A program made the translations under genes and the position numbers. A model generated the notes under the pieces. The model ran no database searches. It saw only the letters and a program-made list of their open reading frames with translations, and had not been told where the DNA came from. Positions 51,241-64,000 of a stretch of DNA of 64,000 nt are shown here, piece by piece. Where the stretch lies: positions 1 to 64,000 of IMG/VR virus record IMGVR_UViG_3300038361_000164; one strand, written 5' to 3'. How positions within the stretch are numbered: the first letter of the stretch is position 1; the number at the start of each line of letters is the position of its first letter.

Positions 51241-51686
51241 TGGCCGGATTACGAGATATAAAATTAATTAAAAATCTTGCGGGATCAGATTACTTACAGT
51301 ACACATTAGATGGTGCTGGGGAACTGGCCAGTGGCACCACTTTGCTCAAACAGCGTTTAGCTAAAATGATGCTCACAAAAAGAGGATCTAACTTCTTTGA
51401 CAGTAGTTACGGCAGTGAAATCGCTAGCTTTTTTGGAACTACAACACATCCTGGCCAAGTTGATGCTTTAAAGGAAATGTTTCCAGTTTATTTAGTAAAA
51501 CTAGTAGAAGATGTAAAGCTTCAACAAGAAAAAATGGAAATTGATGGAATTGTATTAGAGCCGGAAGAAACCGTAGTCGATATTACATTAGATAATATTA
51601 TTTTCGATGCCGTTGTCGGTGGTTGAATTATTAGTTTGTCCATTATTACCGCGACAAACAGCACTGTCGCAATTACATTGCCATAG
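51240..51686 (+). CDS. gp25-like baseplate wedge protein, 148 aa (1 TGA=Trp)
   Basis: LKQRLAKMMLTKRGSNFFDSSYGS. Directly upstream of the J-like gene. Confidence 0.8.
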
Positions 51687-51694
51687 GAGTATTT

Positions 51695-54600
51695 ATGAAT
51701 CAAATAGAAATTGTTAATTTAATAAAAGAAAAATTAAAAGAACAAAACATTAATGTTAGTGATGGAAGTGTAATTTCTGACATATTAGTTAATCCAATAA
51801 GCCACGCTTTAGCGGATTATCAAGTAGAGCACGATGCGATTATCGCAAGACAAACTGTTAGCGATTTATCTCTGTTATCAGAAGGAGAGCTGGACGCTGT
51901 TGCTGCTAACTTTATGGTTTATAGAACAGCCGGAACCAAGTCCTATGGATACGTAAAAGCATCCTTTACTGCTCCACGTCCATTTAAATTATCTAAGGGT
52001 ACAATTTTAGTAAGTAGTGGTGGAGTAGAATTCGAAACTCTAAGTGATTTTTATATCTCCCAAGTTCAGATGCAACTAAACAGCAGCGAATATCCTTTAT
52101 ATGATACTGGAAACTTATTAATCCAAGCCAAGGAGGCCGGTCTAAATGACGTTGAGGTTGGAACTCTTTTCACTATTAGAGGAGCCTCACAAAGTTCTCC
52201 TGTAAAGATTGTCAATGTTGCCAGTTTTATTGGAGGTTCTTTACGAGAGGATAACGAAACATTTTTTAACAGAATAAGAAACACTGTTTTAAACTATTCA
52301 TTAGCATCACCAGATGCTATCAAAAACGGCATACAGGATTTAATTGATTCTGTTATAGACGTAGAGGTAGTGGGTGCTGGGCATGATCGCATGATCCGAG
52401 ATTTAACCACTAGTTATACTCAATTTACAACTTATAGATCTGAAGATTTTTTACACACATATTCCGGAATGCATACTGGAAAATACGATAAAAAGCACAC
52501 AGCATTCTTAGGCTACTTTACAGATTCAGATGAGTCAGATACTGTCTCTAGTCCAGATCCTGGAGCATGATCTCAGGAATTTTCAAATGCCATGTATGAG
52601 GGAATGTATTTACTTGCAGACACTGATTATATTGAATCATCATTAGAATTTTATGTGAGAGAACTTTTTGATTATAGTGCGGCCGAAGATCCACTGGCTA
52701 TTATGATGATATCTGGTATGTGACAATTTCATGATGGGGTGCGGCTAGACCAAAATCCGCAATATGTGGATGAATTTGGTATAGACATCGCTAACAACCG
52801 ATTACGACTTGGAAAAGTAATTGACGAAAGTAGTATAACTGAAGAAATATCTATTGTTTTAAGCGAATTAACAAGTATTTATGAATTAATAAATTCCGGT
52901 AATCCGACAGAACAAGATTTAGGGAATGAACAATTGGGAGTTTTACTTAATAACACTTATTTTAATAATGTGTCTCCTATTTTCCACAAACAATTAGATC
53001 AGCATACTGGCATTGAAATTAATTTAACAATGGCTACAACAGATAATACTGATGATGGTGAAATGTGTTATATAACAGTATTGAGAAATTCTGTAGTTTA
53101 TAAACCACATGATGGGTATGGTCTTGCTTGGAGAAAACAACCAGCTTATTTAGTTAGAATTAATGGTTATTTAATAGACTCCGGAGCAACTTATCCTGGT
53201 GCATCTAATCAGCTTTTATTAGATACCGCACAATTTGTAGAAGAGTATCAAACAGATTTTGATGACAGTTGGTTTGGTGTAGGTTTGCCGAAAGCTTACT
53301 GAAAATACAATGTTTACTTAGTAGATAATGATATTTTACAAGATGAGGTTTGAGTAGGTAGAGATCAGCTTTGAGACCAAACAGGTGGAACTAACCAGTT
53401 TCTACAAGCTGCAAAAGTTTGGATTGTTCCAGATGTAACTTATGGATTTAAATTAAAAGTCTTTCCAAAACTTGGTTTCCAAGGTTGGATTTGGGATAAC
53501 GATTCCGGCAGTTATGATGTTACCGCTTCTTTAGTTATAGATAGGGGTACTACCTATCCTCCTTATATTCCTGTATCTGGAGATGCTATAACGAGTGATA
53601 CCGGAACAGGTGTAATTACTAGTTATAAAAATCATTTTGGAGTGGCAGTAGCTGAAACGCGAAACAATGAATGATATTTAGATAACTTAACTATCAGTTC
53701 TTTTGAAGAATCTTTTTCCATGCACTTATTTAAAATGTATTTAGCTGGGCAGTACTTCACTCCAGGCTCTTCTGCTGTTTTAAATTACTACGGAATAGGA
53801 TATGATCCTGTACAATACGCTCTCAATGGTGAAGGCCATAGCAAAGTAAGAGCTCTAGTTTATAATCAAACTACAGCCGCTTGGGAAAATATTGGAACCA
53901 ATACCTATACAATTGACAATATAGGAAGCAACACTGCTTTAGCTAAGCTTACTAAAACTGTCACAGGTTTGAGTGATTATTTAGATGCTGATAATTACAT
54001 TTATATTGCGGCAGCGGCCATAAACAGTGGTTCTGCTTTTCCTAATGACACAGAACATAGTTTACGTACTTACTATGTCGAAGTAAATAACGGATCCGAA
54101 CTAGCTATGCATAGAGGAAACGCTTGAGATATTTACGTACACGATCCACTAAGTATTGTGGAAGGCTCTGTGGTAGGATCTGTTACAGGAAATACCTTAA
54201 ACTTACAGGCACTTACGGGAACCCATAACCACATTCAAACCATTACAAGTGTGAGAGAATTTATTTCTCAAGTAGAGTTTGATGCCAGTTCTTATGTTGT
54301 TACAAATAATAATACAGGTGCTACCTTTTCAAAAAATGCAAACTATACATTAACATTTGATTTAGATGACATGACTGGAACTCTTATAGAAGTAAGTTAT
54401 AGATATCTTGGAAGTGGAGATGTCATAGATACATACATTAACGATGTAAGTAGAAGATACCCATCGGCAGACCAATTAGTAAAAGTAATGCCTCCTACTA
54501 TAATTCAAGTTACAAAACTAGAGTTTTCAGGATCTTTGAGTGTTGGAGAAGCAACTGATGTAGTTGCGAGCTATTTTAATGCACTAACAGCCCTTACTTT

Positions 54601-54802
54601 CGACAAGTCGGATTTGATAAGTTACCTGTATGATAATGGAGCTACCTATGTAAATGTAGACATGGACATTAATGCTATTGAGTATGATCCGGTGTTTGTA
54701 AAAACAACTGTAAGAGTTGCCTCTACTTATACAATTCCTATTGCGAATGTGAGCAGATTTTATACACATGTAAACTATTTAACAGGTATCTCTAAAGTAT
54801 AA
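51695..54802 (+). CDS. Baseplate J-like wedge protein, 1035 aa (7 TGA=Trp)
   Basis: LDAVAANFMVYRTAGTKSYG, FIGGSLREDNETFFNRI, IDVEVVGAG. Four ORFs join in frame and end in TAATG. Confidence 0.85.
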
Positions 54803-56487
54803 TGAGTTTTAACCCACAACCAGTTATAAGTACAGATCGAATACTAGATAGTCTCGGTTCTTTTTATAATAACTTAGACGAAGCTACTAAAACTACACTG
54901 AAAGAATATTGATCAGCAGTATACACAGGTGTTGAGGGGTTGTTGTTTGAACTTTTTCAAGCAGATTTAACTACGTATTTGCAACATACTACTGGGTATT
55001 TAGAACATGCTTATCAGTCATATAATATTGTTTTCACAGGAAATAATATAAATATTGATACAACATTTTTAGATATCCCAACTACTCTTTCTGGGTCACC
55101 TTCAGCTACAGTACTTAATGGGGAGTCTTATGCTTATAAAATAAGTGCCATAACAGATTTTGGAGAAACACCTGTTTCAAACTCAATTGTAGTAATTAGT
55201 GGAGGAACGGATCTTAGTGCTAATAATATAAATTTAGGATGGGGCGCTGTTACAGGAGCCTCTCACTATAATGTATATGGACGTACAGTTGGAGGCACTT
55301 TAGCTTTATTGGATTCAGTAGAAACAAATTCTTACACTGATGTGGGAATTACAGCACTAACTAGAACATTGCCAGCAACCAATACAGCTGTAAAGACTTT
55401 TAGATATCAACTTGGCGATGAAAGAGCTTATGTGTCTATTCCCACTCTAAGTGGTTACACAACTTCTCAAGTATTAACAGAGCAGACTCACTATGAAGTA
55501 GAAGATTTACATAAAATAAAGTTTTTACAAAACCTACATAAAGTCAAGTTCGACGTAACACAAGAAGTTAGTGGCGATAGTTTTATAATTAATAATGTTA
55601 AAGGACGATCTATAACCCTTAAACGAGGTGTTAGGTATGTATTTGTATTAACTACAATAGATAATTTTGCTCTTACAAGTGTTGGAAGTAATTTAACAAC
55701 GCCCGGCACTTCGACTACTGTTGATTATACTCCAACAGCCTTAACTCCAGATACTATTTATTATAACAACCCCTCTGGTTCTTTAGCAATTAGTGTGGTA
55801 GATGATATTTCTAATGTTATTTTTTATAGAGCAGAGCAAGAACCATTACAGGCTGGAGAAAAGTTTTTAGCCTTATCTGGATATAGTTTATTGCCATCCT
55901 TATTTAGTATATACTTTCCAGGGTTTGGTGCGGATACTCCAGAAGATGTTGTTTTAAATAATCACTATCAACCATACGCCAGTGGTTATGCTACAGGTGC
56001 GTTAACTTATACTCAAAAACGCTTAGCATATGCAACTCATTTAAAGAACTGGTCATATGCCTATTCCTCTAAGTTAAGGTCTTCACCTACAGTTTCAAAT
56101 TTGGAAGCTGCGTACTCCTTAGTAAAAGGACTTCCTTTTGTATATGAATCGGGAGTAATATCTTCTATTACAAATATAAGTAATTATAATTATGTTGATG
56201 TTTTGTTATCTGATAATACAACACAAACTTATGAAATTACAGATAGTTTACTTTTAAACATAGTAGATGGTCAGTCGGTATCTAAATTTGATGTTATCTG
56301 TTCTGGAATCAGTTTAGTAGATTATTTGATAGACGAATATACTGTTTCTGGTTATATGACAAAAACAGGAAGTGTATTAGAATTCGATGTAGGTATAGAT
56401 CATATAAATGAATTAGGAGTAACTCCTAAATTTATTGAGAAACTAGATTTAACTGTGCGCTCTAAAAATCTTGATGGGGAGTTTTAA
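54802..56487 (+). CDS. Baseplate wedge/fibre-attachment-type protein with an FN3-like domain, 561 aa (1 TGA=Trp)
   Basis: ATG 54802 is in frame with ORF 54940..56487. Contains INLGWGAVTGASHYNVYGR. Confidence 0.7.
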
Positions 56488-56488
56488 A

Positions 56489-57373
56489 ATGTTGACTTTA
56501 GTTCGTAACATCAGTTACACCTTTAATTATCATAACAAAGACCATAATTTTGCTTTAAGCACACACACTTTAGGTGGCACTGTTTCTGGTGTGTTGACAG
56601 ATAGTAGCGCTGTAGTGCGCACTTGAAAGTTTTTAGATGGCACTACGTGAGAAGGCGCGGTACTGTACAATGAATTAGAACCATATGCGGGCACTACTTA
56701 TGCAGAAGATACATCTGAAAGAATTTATTTAGACAAGTTGGTATTTACTCCAAATTCAACCCATGCAGACACTGTGTATATGCAGTGCACTCAACATGAA
56801 AATGAAGGAGCGGAAATCACTATTAGTGATACTGAAGGCTCTATTGTAAATAATATTGAGCTTTATCATTTATTATGTGCTCATCATTCCAATCGTGTTG
56901 AGTATGCTAATACCCCAAACTCAGATTTAATAGAATACTTTTTAACTAATTTTATACCAGCGGGAAGCAAACCTAAAATAATTAATGCAGCACCAAGTGG
57001 AACAATTACTGGTGATGTAACAAGTTGATACGATCCAGCTGGTGCAGATATTTCTCTTTCTGGGTTGCTTTCGGACTTGGAAAATGATATATTAATAAAG
57101 ACATGAGAACAGACAGCTCCAACTATTGCATTGCTAACTAGTTCGAGCTTATTGAGTCCTATATCAAGCTCAACAACTTTAGGGATGAGCGCGGATCTAA
57201 CAGATCCTCCGGTTGATACTATTTATGATTTTCGACTAAGTATTGATGATACATATAATACAACAAGAGTTATAGCAGAAATTAAAGTATCAGGAGTTAC
57301 TGCTTTTGACACTTGAGATCACGACGATTTTGCTATAGGAGATTGTCGTTTACCTTTTACACTATTACCATAA
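56489..57373 (+). CDS. Hypothetical virion protein, 294 aa (5 TGA=Trp)
   Basis: One frame from ATG 56489 to TAA 57373. Confidence 0.72.
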
Positions 57374-57384
57374 TGGAGAAATAA

Positions 57385-59085
57385 ATGGACGCATTAACAG
57401 CCTTAGTAAATACACAGACTCCAAATATCGCGTTGAGCGGAATTCAAAGTAATTTCGAAATCATAGAAGCTGCTATTGAGGTTAATGAGGGAGTTATCAC
57501 AGGAGCGGAAGGAGTGCTTGTAGGCACTACTGCTTCACAAACCTTAACAAATAAAACCATGGTTTCTGCTGGACGTGGCGGTACTAACTTATTAGATATC
57601 GGTAGAAAGGATTTGGGAGATGATTCACTATTTAATGTTTTAACATATCGTAATGGATTGGGTAATAATAGCATAACTAACATAAAAGTAGATGATGATA
57701 CTATTTATAACTTGACTATTAGTGGTGGAAACGGAGTTAAGGCTTCTGCTACTAACAATTGATTACATTTAGATTTAGAAACAGATGCTGTTTTATCAAG
57801 TGCATCTCAAACATGAGTTCAAGGTGCTTCAGCCATTACAACAGGATTCGCAACAGATTTCGCAGGAAACGTTCGAGCTAGAACTAAACTTGCTTTGGGC
57901 TATCACACAGTGGCTCCTACTTCAGATTTCCATTTTAAACCACAGTCGATGTTAAATGACTTTTCAGGAATATATGAAGTAGCTTCTGGACAAAATATTA
58001 GTGAGCAGTATACTGTAAATACAAACACACTTCAAACAGTGTGGGACGGGACTACCTGGCTTCAAAGCTTGAATGGCTCTGTTATGCAAACATTAGTCGC
58101 TGCTGGATTAACAATTAGTGGAACGCTAGATGTGAGCGGAGATATTAATGCGACAGGTGCCGGAACTTATAAAGGTACTATTGACGCAACTGCAACTTTA
58201 GGTGCAGACTTAGTAGGCACCTCACAAATTAAAGATGACGCCGTAACAAATGCTAAAATGGCAAATCTTGCGATAGATACTGCAGAGTTAGCTGCAACTT
58301 CAGTTACTACAGCTAAAATTGGTAATTTAGCAGTTACCACAGGTAAACTAGCAAGCGCTTCTGTTACGGAAGCAAAAATAGGAACAGGTGCGGTGGTGGA
58401 AGCTAAACTAGCGACAGACGCCGTTACCACTGATAAGGTGGCATCCTCGGTATTTGGAAATAGTATGCAACTGGCTGGAGGAAATTGAGATGTCAAGCCA
58501 GGAAACGCAACTATATCTGTTAACGCTTCCGGAGTGCAGCTGGGTGATGTAACTATCACAAATTTAAGTACAAATATCATTGATGATACAATCTCTGGTG
58601 TAAATAATATATGGACAGCATCTAAAACTGGGGCTGTTATAGAAGAAAGTGCAGGATACTTCGGAGATAAAACACGTATTAAATTATCTACTATAGCATT
58701 TGAAAAGGGATATTCACATACAGATACAGGTGTGCGCGGATCTCCATATGATTATTATAGGCTCGAAACTCTTGGATACACTTATGCATATATACCACTT
58801 CCAATTGGATTTAAAACAACAGGAGCCTGTCTTTGGGCATCAAATACCTTAGTTAAATGAAAAGTTCACGAATGTAGTGTAAAGAATGAGGATCGCACCA
58901 GTCTTTCGTCGACCTGAACAGACTCCGTCTCAGCGGATTCTAGTGAATCAATAACACCATATAATATAAGTGATTCTACTGTAATGGTTGCTGGTGGTTT
59001 TAAGTATGTTATATTCGAAGTTTATAATACCGGACCTACCGTGCATAACTTCTACGGTGCCACAATTGAAATTGAAAAAGCTTAA
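57385..59085 (+). CDS. Tail fibre-like protein with 10-aa repeats, 566 aa (5 TGA=Trp)
   Basis: SD GGAG upstream. Three ORFs join in frame. Contains AVTxAKxA-type repeats. Confidence 0.78.
58237..58446 (+). repeat. Seven 10-aa degenerate repeats (xAVTxAKLxx)
   Basis: DAVTNAKMAN/LAIDTAELAA/TSVTTAKIGN/LAVTTGKLAS/ASVTEAKIGT/GAVVEAKLAT/DAVTTDKVAS. Confidence 0.8.
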
Positions 59086-59094
59086 GGAATAATT

Positions 59095-62000
59095 ATGAAT
59101 AAAATAAAAATACCAGCAGGTACTAAACAAAATTTTGAGACTGTATTTGAAGATCTTCAAACTAAAATACAGGCTAATATAAACAATAGACTGAGTCTTT
59201 TATTAGGAACCTCTAATGGATTACCTATACTAAAAAATAATGGAGCTTTAGTAACTGGGGAAAATGATTTTAAAATCAGTTTATATACTCAAGATGGTTT
59301 AGAAACTCGTATACAAGTACAAGGTGGTACTGTCTTTTTTGGTAACGGTGAGTTTTACACATTACCTTCTACACAGGAAACCTCTTTAACAAGTCCAGCT
59401 GCTTCGACAGTATACTTAGTTAAATTACGATATGCGGAATTGGGCGGAAGCCCTGTTGCTGCACAAAATAGTTTTTTGTTCGACACTGTTAGTGATAATC
59501 CTTATTCTCAAAAGAACACAAGATTTAGTGATTCTTATACTATTATTTGGGTAGCTTTAGCTAGTGGAACGGATATTACTTACGGCTCTAATGAAATCCC
59601 ATTAGCCCTGGTAAAGACAGGAACAGTAGGGGCTAGTTATTTATTTCAATCTTCTGCTTGAACATATTTAGATTCTTCTTCAACACACACTGCAGTAGCT
59701 GGTGTGGTCGATTTAAGAGCTTCTTACGATCTTAAAGTACGTACAGAAGTATTAGATGACTCTTTACTAGTTTTTAAGGATCGAGACAGTACAGGTACAA
59801 ACAAATTAGCCGCAGATTTAGAAGTAAATAATTTTACCACTTCAGGCCTAACTGCTGTAACTGGGGCCTTTTCAGGCGCTGTCGTCGGGGAAAGTACGGG
59901 TCAGTTTCAAACTGCTTTAAATGTTGTTGGTTTAACAAATACTGGATATTTAAATTTTTTAAATTCTTCTGGCTTATATTCTGGAAGATTAGTCTTCGAT
60001 GCATCAGATCAAAAATTAGGATTTACTGACTCTATTGGAATTTTCGGAAGTCATATGCATTGAAATAATTCTGGATACTTTGGATGAACTAATTATGTAT
60101 CCTTTGATCCCTTAAAACATTTTCACTTGCACCAACGAGGTTCGCAAGTAACAACAACTCTCAGATTAGATGCGGATTCTACTTCTACAGACTCAGATAC
60201 TGACACAGTGTTTGATATTTCTGTGTTAGCTAATGATAACGGCAGTAATCTTGGAAAACTTACAGTTCAACCTGTAACTAACAACAGATCAGTCTTTTTT
60301 AAAGATGTGGCTGGTAATGATCTATTAGCAATTAATCCTGGTAACCGTTCAATAGCAGTTGGAGATTACACAGCAACTAATGGACTTATTTTAAACACTA
60401 CAAGTTTATTTAAACAAACATCACAATTTGACGCAGCTGTTTCTATGGATACATTAACAGCCTCCGGAATTGCTGCTGTAAATACACTTACATTAAATGG
60501 TAGTTCTGTAAAAGTTGAGGAATCTACCCCAGATCCTGTTCTTAATTTTAGAATCTATGATGTATTTCCTACTGAAGATATTACAGAAAAAAAAGCATAT
60601 CTTCATTTAAAATGGGGATATGATAATCTAGTTGCCATTGATGTAGACTATACTGCGGGAACAGTCACTTTGCCTCTCACAAATGAAGTAGGTGAAACAA
60701 ATACTTTTAACACACAAGTTGCTAGAAGCATTTTTAAATTTAGCTCTGTCGGTGAGCCGGAATTTGACATTTTAAGTTCTACTATTTCCGGATCTTACCG
60801 AGTACTTACTCTTGATACTTCGTCTCAATCTTTAGTGGCCGGCACACATATATCTTCGGCCGAATATCCATCAAAAATATTAGATGATACTAAAACTAAA
60901 GGATATACTGTTAGCCTCAGTGAATTCGATGCTACCAACGCTAATCGTGCGCATTATAAAACAACACATACTTTAGGAGCAGTTCATAGAACATCACCAG
61001 AATTAATAGTTAAACTTGAATTAGGAAAATGATGGTTTGTAAAAATTAATGGATTTAATTCAGATAAAGAAGGTTTGGTAAGCTCTTTACCGTTTGGAAG
61101 TTATGATCCAGATCATGCAGCAGGAGGACAAGCATCTGTTACATATCAAAGTCCTTATCAACATAAATTACCATTTTTAGATAACACAGGTTCAATATCT
61201 TTAACATCTACTAATTATGGATTTAATATAGATATTACGGGATGAGAAGATACTACAGATTCTGAGCAAACAGCTCATGAGTTTGAAATAATTTACTCTA
61301 CTGTAGCGGAAAATGGTTTTGAAAATTATACTAATACCACACATCTTATTACAAAAAATAGATTTGTTCCAATTAGTTCTAACCAACCAAATACTTGGTA
61401 CGTTTCAGTAAGACCCTTACAAAATAAACAAGTTGTAGGCACAGCCGTGGCTTCAAATATTGTTGCTGGTGGCGGTGGAGTGGCTCCGTCAGATGAAGCC
61501 TGGCATTTAGCTGGTTTTAATGTGGAAACGGTTTCCGGAACAATTGCCAATATAGGTGACATGGCTAATTCTAATGTTAATGTTACTATGAGTGATTTAG
61601 CTATGTACGGAAGTAATCAACTTAACGGAGAATGAATGTCTGTGGCGTATTCTGGCGGCGGTGGAGGTACTCACGAAGCTAGAATGTTGGATAATTTAAC
61701 TACTATTAGTGGATCTCTTATGACGCAACGCTTTAAGATTGAAAGTTTAACAGATGTTTCTGGTTTAATAGTTGTGGGAGATCCGTGGACTATTGGAGTA
61801 GATAAAGCATCTCGTTTGGTACATGAATTTAAAGACTTGCCAGTTGATTATACAATTACAAATATAGCTGTAAACGTAACTTCGGTAGATGGTGTTTCTT
61901 CATCTTCACCGGCTGTAATGAGATTTTATCAATATCCAGAAGAAGCGAGTGCTAGTCTTTTAGAAATTGCGGGAGTCGGTACTTATTCAGAAACTCTTAA

Positions 62001-62172
62001 TTTCGATATAACACAATCTGTTTATAGTCCTAGAAAATTAGTAATTGATTTATGAGATCCGTCGGATTCTCCCAACAATACTTGTAGTGTGCGTGGCGGA
62101 GTTATTGTGTGAGTTAAACCTAAAATAAATATATTAGGTGGAACAACTCAAGATTCTGGTAGTACTTCTTAA
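59095..62172 (+). CDS. Large beta-rich virion/fibre protein, 1025 aa (8 TGA=Trp)
   Basis: Five track ORFs join in one frame to TAA 62172. Confidence 0.78.
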
Positions 62173-62193
62173 AAATAATTAACCAATTATATA

Positions 62194-63018
62194 ATGTCAA
62201 AAACTTATACAGAAGTTTTAAAAGATTCTAACGGAAACCTTATTCAAGGTGCATTGGTTAGCTTGTATCTCGATGGAGTACGCATAGATGTGGATAGCAC
62301 TTCGAAAGATGGCCGCTTTACATTTACTGGACTTACTACAAATTATTATGAACTTAGATTTAAAGGTCGTGGATTTACTAGTGATGATACTCGGTATATA
62401 AGTATTGTTGATGATATAGATACCGACAGTTTAAAACCAGAAATACGATTAGAAAGATTATTAGCACAATTTAATGCAATAACTTGGGCTTCCAGAGCTA
62501 TTTTAATTGCAGCTGTAGATGACGATCTTGTTTCTAGTTCTAATACTATGGTTGCTAGAGATTTTTTAATTCGTCCTCCCGCTGTTACGGAATCAAATAC
62601 TGCTTATATTTTTGAAACATCATCAGTAGATGTAAATGTTTCTGGAATTACAAAAGCTGTTGTAACTGCCGATTTCAATCTTACAGGAGATGCAAAGTTT
62701 AAATTAGAAACAGACTTTACCGGGGCCGGTAATTGATTTACTTGGTTAGACACTGCAGATACCACTGTCATAGGTAATGGAAATTTATTTCCTAATGGAT
62801 ATAGAGATTTAAGAGACATAGAAGTAACAACTTCTGGGGTTATCGCAGAATATACAGTTTCTGGTGTCTCATACATAGCTGGATTTACAGGATTTGTAGA
62901 AGGAGAAACTCCAGTTATTAAAGCAACACTCACGACAGATATATTAAACCAAGGAGGTTACTTAACTAGCTTGGCTGTTTTTACCAACCCAAATTTAGTA
63001 GACCCACAAACCACTTAA
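62194..63018 (+). CDS. Virion protein with N-terminal prealbumin/CarboxypepD_reg-like domain, 274 aa (1 TGA=Trp)
   Basis: DSNGNLIQGALVSLY...STSKDGRFTFTGL...YELR. Confidence 0.7.
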
Positions 63019-63024
63019 TTATAT

Positions 63025-64000
63025 ATGCGATTTCATATACTTGGATTGCCACATACAAAAATAAGAAAAGATCTTCCTTGAGCCTTTTGTGCTTATACAC
63101 AAAAAATTCATAACATGTGTAAAATGTTATATGATAATAATCATGAAGTTTTTTTATATGCACATACAGGAAGTACAGCTCCTTGTACGAAGTTAATAGA
63201 TTTTTATCCTAATAACATGTTTGACGAATGTTTTGGAAAAATCACTTCTGACACCCGAACAGCTTTTAATACAGAAGTACCGACAAACATTTGAGCGCGA
63301 GATAACTTCGCCAAAGAAGTAAATAAACGTTTAATAAAAGATGACATAATTTTAGCACCTTTTGGGGATATGTATGAAGGAAGTACTTTCAAAAACTGCA
63401 AAGCACCTGTAATAGAAATGGCAATCGGATATCCCAATTGTCATTTTGCATATTATAAAGTGTGGGAAAGTTATTATATTAAAAATCACATAGATGGTCG
63501 CAATCATAATGAAAAACCCAACTGATCTGAAACTGTAATACATGGTTATATTGATCCAGAGGAATATATTTATAATCCAAACCCAAGAGATTATTTTCTA
63601 TACATGGCAAGAGTGGAGGACGATTATGCACATTCAAAAGGACTGCATTTAGCATTAGAATTACAAGCTAAGTTAGGCTTTAAACTAATTATAGCTGGAC
63701 CAGGTCCTGGGGAAAAATATGTTAGAAATAATGTGACTTACATAGGCCCAGTTTCAGAAACCGAGAAAGCGTTATTATTATCAAATGCTAAAGGATTATT
63801 TTCTTTAAGCCTGTACCCAGAACCTTTTGGATATATAGTAATTGAAAGTTTAATATCTGGCACTCCTGTAATTACTACAGATCATGGAGCTTTTCCAGAA
63901 ACAGTAATAGAAGGTAAAACAGGTTTTAGAGCAATTTGTTGAGATGATCTAGTCAACGCAGTGGAAAATATCAATAATATATCTAGATACGAATGTAGAG
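63025..64000 (+). CDS. GT4 family glycosyltransferase (3' truncated; 4 TGA=Trp)
   Basis: MRFHILGLPHT, LIIAGPG, YPEPFGYIVIESLISGTPVITTDHGAFPETV. Confidence 0.9.

Noticed and set aside
42101-64000. Many short separate structural genes as listed in the ORF track
   Set aside because: Consecutive ORFs share a frame and are separated only by TGA. The merged genes end in TAA/TAG, often coupled to the next ATG.
2-64000. TGA as Gly (table 25) or selenocysteine
   Set aside because: TGA sits at positions where Trp is expected (S74 YKW, DegT KWFG, sulfotransferase). Up to 9 per gene in non-redox proteins is incompatible with Sec.
1-64000. Suppressor tRNA, release factor, rRNA or CRISPR array
   Set aside because: The intergenic gaps are short and none shows a cloverleaf or repeat-spacer pattern. 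These elements may lie outside the window.

Overview
This is a 64 kb segment of a large AT-rich tailed-phage genome with a contractile tail (myovirus-like). The + strand (1-5.6 kb and 41.3-64 kb) carries tail, baseplate and fibre genes. The - strand (5.6-41.2 kb) carries replication and nucleotide-metabolism genes, a ubiquitin-like cluster (Ubl, JAB peptidase, ThiF/E1) and a 14-gene glycan-modification cluster. The supplied standard-code ORF track is misleading. About 80 in-frame TGA codons (hand count) read as Trp, which fuses the fragments into full-length genes ending in TAA/TAG that often overlap the next ATG. TGA-Trp is confined to virion genes and six of the glycan genes. About 120 Trp codons (hand count) in the replication/metabolism genes and in the TGA-free glycan genes at 19.0-19.65 kb and 26.7-31.4 kb are all TGG, which suggests a code switch gating late genes. 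The family A DNA polymerase is split by two group I introns at motifs A and C, each carrying a LAGLIDADG endonuclease. Also present are a -1 frameshifted tail chaperone, two sigma factors, class II RNR, a CCA-adding enzyme, peptide deformylase and a degenerate dUTPase. No tRNA, rRNA, CRISPR array, capsid or terminase gene was seen. All assignments come from motif reading by eye; no database search was run.
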